Below, piece by piece: positions 1 through 10,454 of a stretch of 54,166 nt of DNA. Source of the DNA: Dehalococcoidia bacterium (lineage in GTDB: Bacteria > Chloroflexota > Dehalococcoidia > GIF9 > UBA5629); NCBI GenBank assembly GCA_049694415.1, contig JBAVQV010000021.1:1-54166 (forward strand), given 5' to 3'. Every line of letters begins with the position of its first letter. The first letter of the stretch is position 1. The notes beneath the pieces were generated by a model, which saw nothing but the letters and a program-made list of their open reading frames with translations, did not search any database and had not been told where the DNA came from. The translations under genes were made by a program, and so were the position numbers.

Positions 1-117
1 ATCTGTATCTCCAGAAGATTTAGAGAATGATACCACCACCTTTAAATCAGGTCAACAATTTACGTTTTTACCATATTTTGACTAAAAAAAGAGTATCGAG
101 GAGGGATACAGTAACAC

Positions 118-1653
118 CTACCCGATAGGGGCGGCTGCTTGAGTGCCCTTCTGAAGGCGTAATGGAAGGAAAAAAGCCGGTATTACGCCAATTGAAATGA
201 TTATCGCCGATATAATATATTCCGTCTGAAAGGCAAAAACCGCGGCTCTTGCACTAGCCAATAGATAGAGCAGGTAGACCGCTGTCTGCCTGGCTACCTC
301 CAACGTCTGCCCCGCTTGCATAAGTATGACTTGTACCATTGAAATAAAATGCATGGTCTCGGAAGAACTGGGAGTAAGTGTCTGAGAGATGACGGCGAGG
401 TTTGTTTTCTGGAAATTGGAAAGCATAGTAGCAAAGATGGCAATGCCGAGCGAAGCAAAAACAGTCCGGCTTACGTTCATGATTGACGAGGCTTGTGCCG
501 TCATTTTCTGCTCTACTGAGGCTAAGGCATAGGTCATTACAGGCATCATGGCCAGCCCAATTCCCATACTCCTGATGAAGAGCATCAACCTTAGCACATT
601 GTCGGGGGTGGTTACATCTACTAAACGCATCCAATAAGTTGCGGCACCCACAACAATTAGGCCGGCGACAACCGGTATCTTGGGCCCTATCCTATCATAA
701 AGGCGTCCAGCTAGCGGCATAGTGACAATCGAGCCGAAAACGGCGGGGAGCATCAGTATGCCAGTCTCCAATGCTGTCAGGCCCCGAACGTTCTGTAGAA
801 AGAGTGGCAGTAGAAAAACAATAGAAAAGAGGCCTATGGTAGTTACGAAATTCAGTCCTGTAGCCATAGAGAAGCCACGGTTTTTAAAAATACGAAGGTC
901 AAGCATTGGCTGCGCTGATCGCAGTTCCATAACAATCCAAGTTATAAGGCTGATTCCACCCAGAACCAACAGCCCCGTGATACGCACATCACTCCATCCC
1001 CAGGTAGGAGCATAAGAAAGAGCATAAAGTACTGAACTGAATCCCATAGCCGCCAGTGCGAATCCCTTTAAATCGAAGCCTGCCGGCATCGCTGGCGTCT
1101 CCTGAATCCAGGCCAAGCCTAGTAAAATTGCCACAAGCACTACAGGCACGTTCACATAAAAACACATACGCCATGACCAATCGGTTACCAGATAGCCGCC
1201 GAGGGTTGGACCTATGGCGGGCCCAAGCATCATAGGGATACCGAAGATAGCCATAGCTGTACCGCGCTGTTCGGATGGCACATTGAGAAAAAGCAGAGTC
1301 ATGGCTATAGGACTGAGAAGCCCACCGGCCAGACCCTGTAATATGCGGAATATTATCAGCGAGTCTGCGTTCCAGGAGAGACCGCATAAAATCGATCCAA
1401 ATAGGAAACTTGCCTGGCTAAATATGTAGACCCTTTTGGTGCCGAAACGGTTACACAGGAAAGCTGCTGCCGGCGTGGTAATCGCAGTCGCCATTAAATA
1501 CGCGGAAATAACAAGCTGGGCATGGTCTGTAGGAACATTGAAGACCGCCATAATGTGCGGCAGGGCAATGTTCATGATTGTCTGGTCGAGTATGACCATG
1601 AAGGTGCCGGCTACGGCAACCAGTAAGATTTTCCACTGAGTAGTCTCTGGCAT
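118..1653 (-). CDS. MFS drug/H+ antiporter, DHA2 (EmrB/QacA-like) family
   Basis: The 511-aa ORF is almost entirely hydrophobic helices. The N-terminal LDQTIMNIALPHI signature is typical of EmrB/QacA-type MFS. It is the last gene of a minus-strand marR-adaptor-adaptor-MFS operon. Confidence 0.85.
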   Translation of the reverse strand: MPETTQWKILLVAVAGTFMVILDQTIMNIALPHIMAVFNVPTDHAQLVISAYLMATAITTPAAAFLCNRFGTKRVYIFSQASFLFGSILCGLSWNADSLIIFRILQGLAGGLLSPIAMTLLFLNVPSEQRGTAMAIFGIPMMLGPAIGPTLGGYLVTDWSWRMCFYVNVPVVLVAILLGLAWIQETPAMPAGFDLKGFALAAMGFSSVLYALSYAPTWGWSDVRITGLLVLGGISLITWIVMELRSAQPMLDLRIFKNRGFSMATGLNFVTTIGLFSIVFLLPLFLQNVRGLTALETGILMLPAVFGSIVTMPLAGRLYDRIGPKIPVVAGLIVVGAATYWMRLVDVTTPDNVLRLMLFIRSMGIGLAMMPVMTYALASVEQKMTAQASSIMNVSRTVFASLGIAIFATMLSNFQKTNLAVISQTLTPSSSETMHFISMVQVILMQAGQTLEVARQTAVYLLYLLASARAAVFAFQTEYIISAIIISIGVIPAFFLPLRLQKGTQAAAPIG

Positions 1654-1671
1654 TGGCGCTTTCTGATTGGG

Positions 1672-2394
1672 CTACTTTATAGTTATCTTTACCTCAACGG
1701 AGGTACCAGGGATAAGAATGTAACTTCCAGGGTTCTCAATAGTAATTTTTACGGGTACCACCTGTGCCACCTTGATGAAGTTCGCCGTGGTGTTGTTCTG
1801 GGGTATAATTGAGAACGTTCCAGCGGTAGCCGCAGCGATGCCTTCCACGTGCCCCTTCAAAACGGCACCGCCGAGGCTGTCAACGGTAATCTGTACTTCT
1901 TGCCCCGGCCTGAGACGGTAAATATCTCCCTCAGCTACATTGGCCAATACCCATGTCTCCGAGATATCGTAGACCGTTACTATCGGTTGACCCGGACTAA
2001 CTACGGCGCCGGGATAAGTCCAGACCGCAGCCACATAACCGTTAACCGGTGATTCAATATTGCTACGACCTATGGGTGTATCTTTTAATCCTTGCATATT
2101 CATTGGATTGTCGGAGCGAGGCGTACCGACGATGGCGATTCTCTGTCCCTTTTCCACATAGCTGCCATAATCGACCTCAAGGCTGATTATCTGACACGGT
2201 GCCAGCGCGCCAACAGATACTAATGGTGCTGATATATTTGCGTTATTGGTACTTACGTATTTATAGTTCTGATACCAAAGATAAGCGCCAAGAGTTGCAC
2301 CTCCAATAACAAAGACGCAGGCTACAAAGAAAATAATCTTGCCTGTTCTTGTCGAGAGCATCGATTTCATTCTGTCACCCAATTTATTTGCCAT
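1672..2394 (-). CDS. HlyD/EmrA-type membrane fusion (adaptor) protein
   Basis: 240 aa with an N-terminal TM helix (IIFFVACVFVIGGATLGAYLW) followed by a beta-rich barrel/lipoyl-like region. It ends 18 nt upstream of the MFS gene. Confidence 0.7.
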   Translation of the reverse strand: MANKLGDRMKSMLSTRTGKIIFFVACVFVIGGATLGAYLWYQNYKYVSTNNANISAPLVSVGALAPCQIISLEVDYGSYVEKGQRIAIVGTPRSDNPMNMQGLKDTPIGRSNIESPVNGYVAAVWTYPGAVVSPGQPIVTVYDISETWVLANVAEGDIYRLRPGQEVQITVDSLGGAVLKGHVEGIAAATAGTFSIIPQNNTTANFIKVAQVVPVKITIENPGSYILIPGTSVEVKITIK

Positions 2395-2431
2395 AACACA
2401 TGCCTCCGAAGTAGTTATAATTGTCCAGTTA

Positions 2432-4111
2432 CTAGTCAGCGCTGTTTAGTGACCTGGCGGGCGTATTGCCTGTTCCCAGTAATACTTTTTCGCCTTCACT
2501 CAAGCCAGATAAAATCTCAGCCTGCGTCCGGCTTTGCAACCCCACTTGCACCTGACGTTGCTCTATCTGACCTGGCTTGTCTTCTTTAAGCACGTATACC
2601 CAACTCTCAGTTCCCTGCACATGTAAAGCACTGTTGGGTATAAGCAGAACATCCTTATGCTCATCGACAAGAATTTCGGCCGTAGCGGTCAGCCCTCCTG
2701 TAAGATATGGAGCCGCCTCGGGACCGAGTGTAATTTCAACTTTATAAGTACCGGTGCCTGTCTGTAATGTCCCATAAGGTGAAATGAATTGTACCTGGCC
2801 GTCAAGTGTCTTGCCGGGAAACGCGTCAATCAGAACGGTTGCTTTCTGGCCCTTTGATACTTTAGCCACATCGATTTCATCTACTACGCCTGTCATGGTG
2901 ACGGCGCGTGTGTCGGCTAGCTTCAGCACATATACATCGATAGGTAATCCGGTTACCGAGTACCTTTGAGTAATCATGTCTCCTTCGTGTAGATTTACAT
3001 CTACAACCTGTCCATCAAATGGTGCCAGTAATTCAGTTTTGAGCAGCGCTTGTTTGGCTCGGTCGAGGTTGATGAGGGCCGTCTGGATGTTGATATTGTA
3101 ATCGCGCTGGGCTTTCAGGTTAAGTCCCTGCATATAGGTGGAAACATTTTCTTGAAGCACCTTATCTCCAAGTTCAAGGTCATGCATAACGATTTGCAGT
3201 GTTTCGTTCAGCTTTAAGGCGTCGACATCTTTTGAGCTGGCCATTTGTTTTGCTTCTCCAAGTTCAGTGAGCGCTTCATTTATGATGGTGAAACTGGTGC
3301 AGGTATCCGGGCAGGAATATGCTCCTGGGGAATGAGTAATTCGCTTAACTATGGACTGTGTTTCAGTCATATCCGTTAATAACGATTCCAGCATCTTGCT
3401 TGCCTGGCTATAATTACCTTCGCCAATTTGTTCCTGGATTGCCGAGATATTATCAACCTCGTTAGTCAGCTTCACGATAGCAGTATCTACATCGTAACTT
3501 GACATTACTTGCTCCGTTAACTCATTGAGCTCGGTTCTCAGGTTGCGATATTCAGGGTTAATATACACATTTTTGGCGGCATCGATATCATATTTTGCCA
3601 TTGCTATTTGGGAAGCTGCCGGCTCAAATTCGCCTTCAGCCAGTAAGGACTTTGCTTTCTGGATTTCGCTAGTGGCGAAATCAAAGCGGAATAAAGCGAC
3701 GGCATCGCTGTAGAAAGACGGAACGCGCGTGCAACCACAGCAGACCGTCTGCACCACGTTGTTTATTGCCAGTTCCAGCGCATACTGTGCGGATTCTGTT
3801 GACATCTTCTGAGTGGCATCGTCTAATTTGGCAAGCAAAGCGCCGGCTTTAACCAAATCGCCTTTCTTAACATATATCTTTTCAATTCTGGCGCTATAAG
3901 GAGGAGTGAACATAGTGGCGTCGAAATAGAGATTGACCGCATCCGGCATTTCAATATATCCGTTAGCCTCTACCTTTACTTCAAGGTCACCCCTTTTGAC
4001 GGCAGCTATGGTCTGCATCTCAGTGATGGGTTGTCTGGTGGCGCAGCCGGTAAGCGAGATTGATAACACCAGCAGGGCAGCTAGTATGATGGTATACGTT
4101 TTTTTATTCAT
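2432..4111 (-). CDS. Lipoprotein periplasmic adaptor (HlyD/RND-MFP-like) with a long helical insert
   Basis: 559 aa with signal peptide and lipobox LTGC. The C-terminal LLAPFDGQVVDVNLHEGDMI and beta-barrel region are typical of efflux adaptors. A central region of about 250 aa is helical. Confidence 0.6.
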   Translation of the reverse strand: MNKKTYTIILAALLVLSISLTGCATRQPITEMQTIAAVKRGDLEVKVEANGYIEMPDAVNLYFDATMFTPPYSARIEKIYVKKGDLVKAGALLAKLDDATQKMSTESAQYALELAINNVVQTVCCGCTRVPSFYSDAVALFRFDFATSEIQKAKSLLAEGEFEPAASQIAMAKYDIDAAKNVYINPEYRNLRTELNELTEQVMSSYDVDTAIVKLTNEVDNISAIQEQIGEGNYSQASKMLESLLTDMTETQSIVKRITHSPGAYSCPDTCTSFTIINEALTELGEAKQMASSKDVDALKLNETLQIVMHDLELGDKVLQENVSTYMQGLNLKAQRDYNINIQTALINLDRAKQALLKTELLAPFDGQVVDVNLHEGDMITQRYSVTGLPIDVYVLKLADTRAVTMTGVVDEIDVAKVSKGQKATVLIDAFPGKTLDGQVQFISPYGTLQTGTGTYKVEITLGPEAAPYLTGGLTATAEILVDEHKDVLLIPNSALHVQGTESWVYVLKEDKPGQIEQRQVQVGLQSRTQAEILSGLSEGEKVLLGTGNTPARSLNSAD

Positions 4112-4247
4112 ATCTGTTAACTCCTGAAATATAATGCAATATATTTCCCTTTTTGCACTCTAAGGAAGTACTATTGAGTCTGAAATGGCTCATGCGCTCT
4201 ACCCCATAAGAATATTTCAATTTTACGTTTAAAATTGGGCGACATAT

Positions 4248-4703
4248 TCATTTGAGTTCTTCCTCTCGTTTGAGCTCAACAGCTCTGACTAGAGAGCCTA
4301 GACCTTGCACTATAATATTGAGTTCTTCCGTACTAAGGTGAGTCAGGATGCGGTACAACTGGCTGGTCTTATTCTCTCTCAACTTGGCCAGCAGAGACCT
4401 TCCCTTCGTTGTCGCCTGTAAAAGATGCATGCGACGGTCTTCAGGATTCTCCCGACGACTCACCAGTCCCTGTTCAACCAGGCGGTCTACTATCCTGGTT
4501 ACGTCCGGCGGAGTCACACCGAGAGCAATTGCCAGCTTTCTGAAATTCGTGCCACCTTCAGAATCAATGAAGAATAAGCTTTTCAACTGGCCGATGGTCA
4601 AGTTCAGGCCCATCCAGGCCTCGGGAGCATATTGCCCCATAGCATGGCTCATTTGCTGCAATCGGATGATTTCTTTGGTCAGCTCTGCTCTACTTGCTGT
4701 CAA
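4248..4703 (-). CDS. MarR-family transcriptional regulator
   Basis: 151 aa with a winged-HTH pattern (LTIGQLKSLFFI...LAIALGVTPPDVTRIVDRLVEQGLVSRRENPEDRR). It is the first gene of the efflux operon. Confidence 0.85.
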   Translation of the reverse strand: MTASRAELTKEIIRLQQMSHAMGQYAPEAWMGLNLTIGQLKSLFFIDSEGGTNFRKLAIALGVTPPDVTRIVDRLVEQGLVSRRENPEDRRMHLLQATTKGRSLLAKLRENKTSQLYRILTHLSTEELNIIVQGLGSLVRAVELKREEELK

Positions 4704-5033
4704 GTGCGTCTGCTCCGAATGTTTTAACTAAAAACGTTCACATCTAATTAATAGTTTAGAATATGTTATCGACAATATCAAACTTGAACTTGTGAATATG
4801 TGAATAGCAGAATGGAGTACAGCCTTGCTAAAAACCTGAAGCTTGTATATACTTTGGCTAGCTTGCCTGAGGGAGGGAAATAGCGTGACTTCACGTTATG
4901 GTGACCTCCGAAGATAGCAATGGGGGTAAGGCTGAAGCCGTTCTAACTCTCAGCGGAGTGTCTAGATCGCAAAAGAGTTGTTGCGGTCGGCGATAGGAAC
5001 ACAATTTGCCGGCTTTGGTAACCGGGCTAGTAC

Positions 5034-5405
5034 ATGAAACAGCGAATCATAGCCATCACATTAGTTCTGTCTTTACTCATTGCTTCTTTTGGCTGTGCCA
5101 ATCAAGGTGAGCTTTCAGGGGAGTTGAAAATACTGAGCCAAAGCATGAATGTGCACGAGTTCAGCGGAGCCGGACCCCAAAGTGCCGCTGTAGTTAGCGG
5201 CAGAGCGCAAAATATTAGCCATGTTACCATGAATTATGCCACTATAGCGGTTAATTTCTATGATAAGAACAAGAATCTCATAGCCAATGGTTCAGCCGTT
5301 AAGCAGAATTTACAGCCGGGTGCGGTATGGGACTTCAGCGTTCAGACGGTTGGTCCTGACGCCTGGAAAATAGTAAGTTATGATATTGCGGCCAGTGCGA
5401 AGTAA
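5034..5405 (+). CDS. Small lipoprotein, FxLYD-domain-like
   Basis: 123 aa with lipobox SFGC. The motif VNFYDKNKNLIANG resembles the FxLYD domain signature. Confidence 0.45.
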   Translation: MKQRIIAITLVLSLLIASFGCANQGELSGELKILSQSMNVHEFSGAGPQSAAVVSGRAQNISHVTMNYATIAVNFYDKNKNLIANGSAVKQNLQPGAVWDFSVQTVGPDAWKIVSYDIAASAK

Positions 5406-5490
5406 CGGCTATGGTTGGATAATAGAGTTGCGCGCTAGCTTGTCGGAAGTACCGGCTTTTGATATTCTTTTATGAAGGAGGTTAGCTAAG

Positions 5491-6642
5491 ATGAGACGTT
5501 CTAGAAGTGCTTTTGGTATAGTCCTGGTCATGTTGGCTGTTGTGGCAATGCTCGGCGCTGCTTGTGGGCGACAGGCAACACCGCCGCCAACTCCGCCAAC
5601 CCCTACGGGTAATCAGCCACCAGTAATCTCGAGCCTGGTTGCACAAAACCAGCAGCTTTATCCTTCGGGTAATACGGAAATTCAGTGTATTGCCCAGGAT
5701 GCAGATGGTGACCAGTTGAACTTCACGTGGGCAGCTACAGGTGGTGATTTCAGCGGCGCTGGGCCAATCATCATCTGGAAAGCTCCGCCGAATTACGGCA
5801 CTTATACTATAACGGTCACTGTGGACGACCGTAAAGGCGGCTCAGTTCAGACTAGTTTACCTATAACGGTTAGTGCTAATCAGTCGCCAATTATTTCCAG
5901 CTTATCCCCCAGTCCATCATCAATACTGTACGGAGGCAGCGCTGTGCTTACCTGCATTGCCAGTGACCCGGATGGCGACGTGGTTAGATACAGCTGGTCT
6001 GCCAGTGAAGGGAGCATCACCGGAGTGGGTAATAAGGTAACCTGGATAGCACCTAACAAGGGGGGGAATTACAACATTACCGTAATTATTAGCGACGGCA
6101 AGGGTGGCGAAACCAGGGGCAGCGTCATGGTTACTGTGGCTACAACAACTAATACGGTGACCATCTCGCCAGTGGCTCAGGAGACTGGCACCGTAGATTC
6201 TGGCGGTGATAAAGATACTTCCCGGACGCGGGCTGGAGACGACGATAAAGACATTGGCTATTGTACTTTCTGGAGTTATGATGTTTTCAGTTTGGCGGGA
6301 AAAAATATACAAAACGCTACACTGAGGCTTTCTACGAGGAGTATAGTTGGCAACCCATTCTCGAGTGTTACCGGTCTTGCTGGGCTGCGATTATGGAAGG
6401 TCACCTATGGAGACAAGCTACCGAGTTTTGCTTATACCGGCAGTAATCTGATAAAGGTGCCTGTTCAGACTAGTGCACCAGCTTCCATAGATGTGACGCA
6501 AGAGGTAGCCAATGTCGCTGCCGCAGCTTCTACCCGCTTTCAGGTGGAAGCACTGTTTTTGAAGACCACTAACGGCAATCATGTCGCCGAATTTATTGAG
6601 TGGTCAGATGCTGTTCTGGAGGTTACCTATTCAGAGAGATAG
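5491..6642 (+). CDS. Secreted lipoprotein with two tandem PKD/Ig-like repeats
   Basis: 383 aa with lipobox GAAC and a Pro/Thr linker. Two repeats of about 90 aa each start (P/S)P(V/I)ISSL and contain D(A/P)DGD...W.A..G...G......W.AP...G.Y.ITV...D.KGG. Confidence 0.6.
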   Translation: MRRSRSAFGIVLVMLAVVAMLGAACGRQATPPPTPPTPTGNQPPVISSLVAQNQQLYPSGNTEIQCIAQDADGDQLNFTWAATGGDFSGAGPIIIWKAPPNYGTYTITVTVDDRKGGSVQTSLPITVSANQSPIISSLSPSPSSILYGGSAVLTCIASDPDGDVVRYSWSASEGSITGVGNKVTWIAPNKGGNYNITVIISDGKGGETRGSVMVTVATTTNTVTISPVAQETGTVDSGGDKDTSRTRAGDDDKDIGYCTFWSYDVFSLAGKNIQNATLRLSTRSIVGNPFSSVTGLAGLRLWKVTYGDKLPSFAYTGSNLIKVPVQTSAPASIDVTQEVANVAAAASTRFQVEALFLKTTNGNHVAEFIEWSDAVLEVTYSER

Positions 6643-6670
6643 CACTAGGTTCTTTGATGACTGATTCTAT

Positions 6671-6706
6671 AAGGCGGTCGCAAGGCCGCCTTATTTGTTT
6701 TCTATT
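6671..6706 (+). terminator. Rho-independent terminator after the PKD-repeat lipoprotein gene
   Basis: AAGGCGG-tcgcaagg-CCGCCTT stem-loop followed by a T-rich tract (atttgttttctatttt). Confidence 0.5.
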
Positions 6707-6735
6707 TTGACATATTGTTAATATAGTGGTAAATT
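6707..6735 (+). promoter_or_regulatory. Sigma70-like promoter of the hrcA operon
   Basis: TTGACA, a 17-nt spacer, then TAAATT, lying immediately upstream of the CIRCE element. Confidence 0.4.
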
Positions 6736-6742
6736 ATAGTAG

Positions 6743-6769
6743 TTAGCAGTCTTGGAGGGAGAGTGCTAA
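6743..6769 (+). promoter_or_regulatory. CIRCE operator (HrcA binding site)
   Basis: The sequence is TTAGCAGTC-N9-GAGTGCTAA, against the consensus TTAGCACTC-N9-GAGTGCTAA (one mismatch). It overlaps the RBS GGAGGGAG of hrcA. Confidence 0.85.
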
Positions 6770-6771
6770 AA

Positions 6772-7803
6772 ATGTTGAAAGGTTTAACTGCAAGAAGAGA
6801 AGCTGTTCTGAAAATAATAGTCAGCGAATATGTCGATACGGCAGTACCGGTAGCTTCGGAAACTATTTTTCGTAATTACAAACTGGGTGTAAGTTCGGCA
6901 ACTATTCGTAATGATATGGCCTATCTTGAGGAGGCAGGCTATATTGCTCGCCCCCACACCTCAGCTGGCAGCGTGCCTTTGGATAAAGGTTATCGCCATT
7001 ACGTTGAGTCGTTGACTAAAAAGACTGAACTTAACGTGCAGGAACAAGATCGAATTCGAAAACTTTTCAGCGAGGTGGAAAAGGAATTTGAGAAATGGTT
7101 GAAGCTGGCAGCGGCTATCGCGGCAAGCCTGGTTAAAAATGCGGCTTTGGTTACGTTGCCCAAGCCGAGACAGTGCCGGTTTAAACACTTAGAATTGGTA
7201 GCCTTGCAAGAGTTCATGTCCCTAATGGTCTTGATACTTGGCGAGGCGATACTCAAGCGGCAGCTTTTATCCTTCGAGGAACCGGTAACGCAAGAACGGC
7301 TAGCAATTATGTCTAATAAGTTGAACGCCGTTTTTTCAGGATTAACGGGCTCCGAGATTTTGGCTAAGAAGTTGGAGCTTCCTTCGGAAGAGGCACAAGT
7401 GACTGAAGCCGTGATTGATATGATGTCTGCCGAGGACGAGTTGGAATACGAGCAACCTTATCTTGAAGGGTTGCGCTTAATGCTGGGACAGCCCGAGTTT
7501 GCTGAAAAGGACAGGATGTTGAGCATTATGGAACTGATGGAGACGAAGGATTGGCTTAGCTCAGCTTTCGGGCGGCGGTCGGACGATTTTGGAGTGCAGG
7601 TGGTGATTGGTGAAGAAAATCGAAATGAGACATTGCGTGATTTGAGCTTGGTTTTCAGCCGATATGGTATCCCTGACCAGATTGGCGGTACCATTGGTAT
7701 AATCGGCCCTACCCGTATGAATTATCGCAGAGCTATTTCTACAGTGGACTACATATCGGGGATATTGAGCGATTTAGTGACTGGAGTTAGCCGTAGCGAT
7801 TGA
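6772..7803 (+). CDS. hrcA: Heat-inducible transcription repressor HrcA
   Basis: The N-terminal winged helix (REAVLKIIVSEYVDTAVPVASETI...SSATIRNDMAYLEEAGYIARPHTSAGSVP) is diagnostic. The gene precedes grpE-dnaK. The ORF track begins at GTG 6763 inside CIRCE; ATG 6772 has better RBS spacing. Confidence 0.9.
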   Translation: MLKGLTARREAVLKIIVSEYVDTAVPVASETIFRNYKLGVSSATIRNDMAYLEEAGYIARPHTSAGSVPLDKGYRHYVESLTKKTELNVQEQDRIRKLFSEVEKEFEKWLKLAAAIAASLVKNAALVTLPKPRQCRFKHLELVALQEFMSLMVLILGEAILKRQLLSFEEPVTQERLAIMSNKLNAVFSGLTGSEILAKKLELPSEEAQVTEAVIDMMSAEDELEYEQPYLEGLRLMLGQPEFAEKDRMLSIMELMETKDWLSSAFGRRSDDFGVQVVIGEENRNETLRDLSLVFSRYGIPDQIGGTIGIIGPTRMNYRRAISTVDYISGILSDLVTGVSRSD

Positions 7804-7825
7804 AATTTCTATGTAGGAGGCTTTA

Positions 7826-8413
7826 TTGGCTGAAGAAAGGGAGACGTTTGATGATAAAGTATCTAATATGGCCGAGGTGCATGATAGCGAGTCTTTAGCA
7901 CAACTCTTGGCTCAGGAGAAGGAGAAAGCCGAAAGATATTTGGCCAACTGGCAGAGGGCTGAGGCAGATTTTAGAAACTACAAAACACGTGAAGAACAAG
8001 GAAAAAAAGATTTAGTAAACTGGGCTAACTCCACACTGGTCTGCGATATATTGCCAGTGCTTGATTCTTTTGACCGTGCATTTGAAGGGGTTACCCCTGC
8101 GGGTAAAGGCCTGAGTTGGATTACCGGCTTTAAACAAATTCAAAAAATGTTGTTAGATGTTTTAGGCAAACATGGGCTGACAGAAATGAAGTGCGTTGGC
8201 GAGACATTCGACCCGAGCCTTCATGAAGCAGTAGTTCAGCGCGATGGTGCGGAAGGTTTGATACTGGATGAGGTTCGAAAAGGATACATGATGAAAGACA
8301 GGTTGATTCGTGCGCCGCAAGTCGTGGTAGGGGCGGGTGGCGAATCACCGAACGCTGAAGCGGCTAAAGCGATTGAGGAAAATTCAATAAAGGAAACTGG
8401 GGCAGAAAAATAG
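7826..8413 (+). CDS. grpE: Nucleotide exchange factor GrpE
   Basis: 195 aa with the pattern YLANWQRAEADFRNYKTR...DILPVLDSFDRA...FDPSLHEAV. It has a TTG start 5 nt after GTAGGAGGC. Confidence 0.9.
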   Translation: MAEERETFDDKVSNMAEVHDSESLAQLLAQEKEKAERYLANWQRAEADFRNYKTREEQGKKDLVNWANSTLVCDILPVLDSFDRAFEGVTPAGKGLSWITGFKQIQKMLLDVLGKHGLTEMKCVGETFDPSLHEAVVQRDGAEGLILDEVRKGYMMKDRLIRAPQVVVGAGGESPNAEAAKAIEENSIKETGAEK

Positions 8414-8452
8414 GAACAATCATGAAAAATCTAGTGTGTGAAGGAGGATATA

Positions 8453-10375
8453 ATGGCTAAGGCAGTTGGTATTGATTTAGGGACTACTTTTAGTTTGGTA
8501 GCTGTTGTCGAGGGCGGTGAGCCAAAAATAATCCCCAATGCTGAAGGGGAAAGGCTAACACCTTCAGTAGTTGCCATTGATAAGAAGGGTGAACGGCTGG
8601 TGGGATTGTTAGCCAAGAGGCAAGCAATCACTAACCCCGAGAACACAATTTTTAGCATAAAGCGGCTGATGGGGCGCAAATTCAAAGACTCTGAAGTCCA
8701 GTATGACATAAAGCGGTTGCCTTACAAAATAGTCGAAGCCAGTAATGGTGATGCTTGGGTGGTGATGGGGGGCAAGAAGTATAGCCCGGCGGAAATCTCA
8801 GCCATGATTCTGCAGAAGCTGAAGATTGACGCTGAGGCTTACCTCGGCGAGAAGGTCATCGATGCGGTGGTTACGGTGCCGGCCTATTTTAATGACAGTC
8901 AGCGCCAGGCAACTAAGGATGCTGGCACGATTGCCGGGTTAAATGTGATACGTATAGTAAATGAGCCAACCGCTTCAGCTTTAGCTTACGGGCTCGATAA
9001 AAAGGGAGAGGAAACTATCGCAGTCTATGACCTCGGCGGTGGCACGTTCGACATTTCCATACTTGAACTTGGTGAAGGACAATTCCAAGTTAAGTCAACG
9101 AATGGTGATACTCATCTCGGCGGCGATGATATTGACCAAAGAATTATGGACTGGCTGTGTGATGAGTTTAAAAAGGAATCGGGCGTGGACTTGAAACAGG
9201 ACAGAATGGCGTTGCAGCGGCTAAAGGATGCCGCCGAGAAAGCCAAGCGTGAGCTATCAACAGTCGGTCAGACGGAGATAAATTTGCCTTTCATCACGGC
9301 TGATGCCTCTGGGCCCAAGCACATGAATATAACTCTGACACGAGCCAAGCTGGAGCAGTTATCCATGGAATTGCTGGAAAGAAGCATTGAGCCGTGCCGC
9401 AAAGCCTTAACTGACGCGAAACTCACTACGGCTCAGGTAACCGATGTGATTCTGGTCGGTGGGCAGACGAGGATGCCCAAGGTTCAGGATATGGTACGCC
9501 AGTTTTTTAGCAAAGAGCCGGTTAAAGGCGTTAATCCTGATGAGGTGGTGGCACTGGGTGCAGCTATCCAGGCTGGTGTGCTCAAGGGAGATGTGAGAGA
9601 TATTCTCCTGCTTGATGTCACACCTCTTACTTTGGGTATTGAGACGCTAGGTGGAGTAGCCACACCGCTTATTCCGCGGAATACTACTATACCTACCTCG
9701 AAGAGCCAGGTATTCAGCACAGCGGCCGATAATCAGGCTAGCGTGGAAATACATGTGCTGCAAGGCGAACGCCCAATGGCCCCCGACAATCGGACTTTAG
9801 GCCGTTTCATGCTAGACGGCATATTACCGGCCCCGAGAGGGGTTCCCCAGGTTGAGGTTACCTTTGACATTGATGCCAATGGCATCTTAAATGTTCGGGC
9901 CCAGGATAAAGGCACGGGCAAGGAGCAGAAGATAACCATTACTGCTTCCAGTGGTCTGAGCAAAGACGAAGTGGAGAAAATGAGGAGAGACGCAGAATCC
10001 CATGCTGCTGATGATGCTAGAAAGAAAGACGAGGTGGAAACCCGAAATACGGCTGATACACTCGTCTATACTGCTGAACGAACGCTAAGGGAGCAGGGTG
10101 ACAAGATTCCAGCAGACTTGAAACAGGAGTTGGAGGGCAAGATAGCTGCGGTACGCTCAGCTCTTCAAGGTACTGACACAAATTACATGCGCAGCGCCAC
10201 AGAAGATTTATCCAACGTCATGCAAAAAATCGGCTCCGCTGTGTACGGGCAAGCTGGTGCACCACCTCCACCGGGCGGAGAATCCGGCGGCGAAGCCCCT
10301 GGTGAAGCCGAGGGCGGACCTCCTCCTGGTGGCAGTGAAGAAGGTACTGTAGAGGGCGAGTTCAGAGAAGTATAA
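8453..10375 (+). CDS. dnaK: Chaperone DnaK (Hsp70)
   Basis: [12 protein letters not shown]..., DLGGGTFD and [11 protein letters not shown] are Hsp70 signatures. ATG 8453 is preferred over the upstream GTG 8438 because the GAAGGAGGA RBS lies just before it. Confidence 0.97.
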   Translation: MAKAVGIDLGTTFSLVAVVEGGEPKIIPNAEGERLTPSVVAIDKKGERLVGLLAKRQAITNPENTIFSIKRLMGRKFKDSEVQYDIKRLPYKIVEASNGDAWVVMGGKKYSPAEISAMILQKLKIDAEAYLGEKVIDAVVTVPAYFNDSQRQATKDAGTIAGLNVIRIVNEPTASALAYGLDKKGEETIAVYDLGGGTFDISILELGEGQFQVKSTNGDTHLGGDDIDQRIMDWLCDEFKKESGVDLKQDRMALQRLKDAAEKAKRELSTVGQTEINLPFITADASGPKHMNITLTRAKLEQLSMELLERSIEPCRKALTDAKLTTAQVTDVILVGGQTRMPKVQDMVRQFFSKEPVKGVNPDEVVALGAAIQAGVLKGDVRDILLLDVTPLTLGIETLGGVATPLIPRNTTIPTSKSQVFSTAADNQASVEIHVLQGERPMAPDNRTLGRFMLDGILPAPRGVPQVEVTFDIDANGILNVRAQDKGTGKEQKITITASSGLSKDEVEKMRRDAESHAADDARKKDEVETRNTADTLVYTAERTLREQGDKIPADLKQELEGKIAAVRSALQGTDTNYMRSATEDLSNVMQKIGSAVYGQAGAPPPPGGESGGEAPGEAEGGPPPGGSEEGTVEGEFREV

Positions 10376-10405
10376 GGCTGCTGCGCACTTAAACTTAGCT
10401 ATCAA

Positions 10406-10454
10406 AGCGGTGGATTGGTTACCTAAAGTATGCCATTCCGCCGCTGGTTTTTTT
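10406..10454 (+). terminator. Putative terminator after dnaK
   Basis: AGCGGTGGA pairs with TCCGCCGCT (9 bp, one mismatch), followed by GGTTTTTTT. The loop is large (22 nt), so confidence is moderate. Confidence 0.45.

Noticed and set aside
254-1639. Several 60-130-aa ORFs in other frames of the MFS transporter gene.
   Set aside because: All are nested in or antisense to the 511-aa MFS ORF, which explains the whole region.
4704-5033. The long marR/lipoprotein divergent intergenic region was examined for a riboswitch or MarR operator.
   Set aside because: I saw a GTGAATA-type tandem repeat (GTGAATATGTGAATAG) and a weak palindrome, but no structure or motif I can name. It is probably just divergent promoters.
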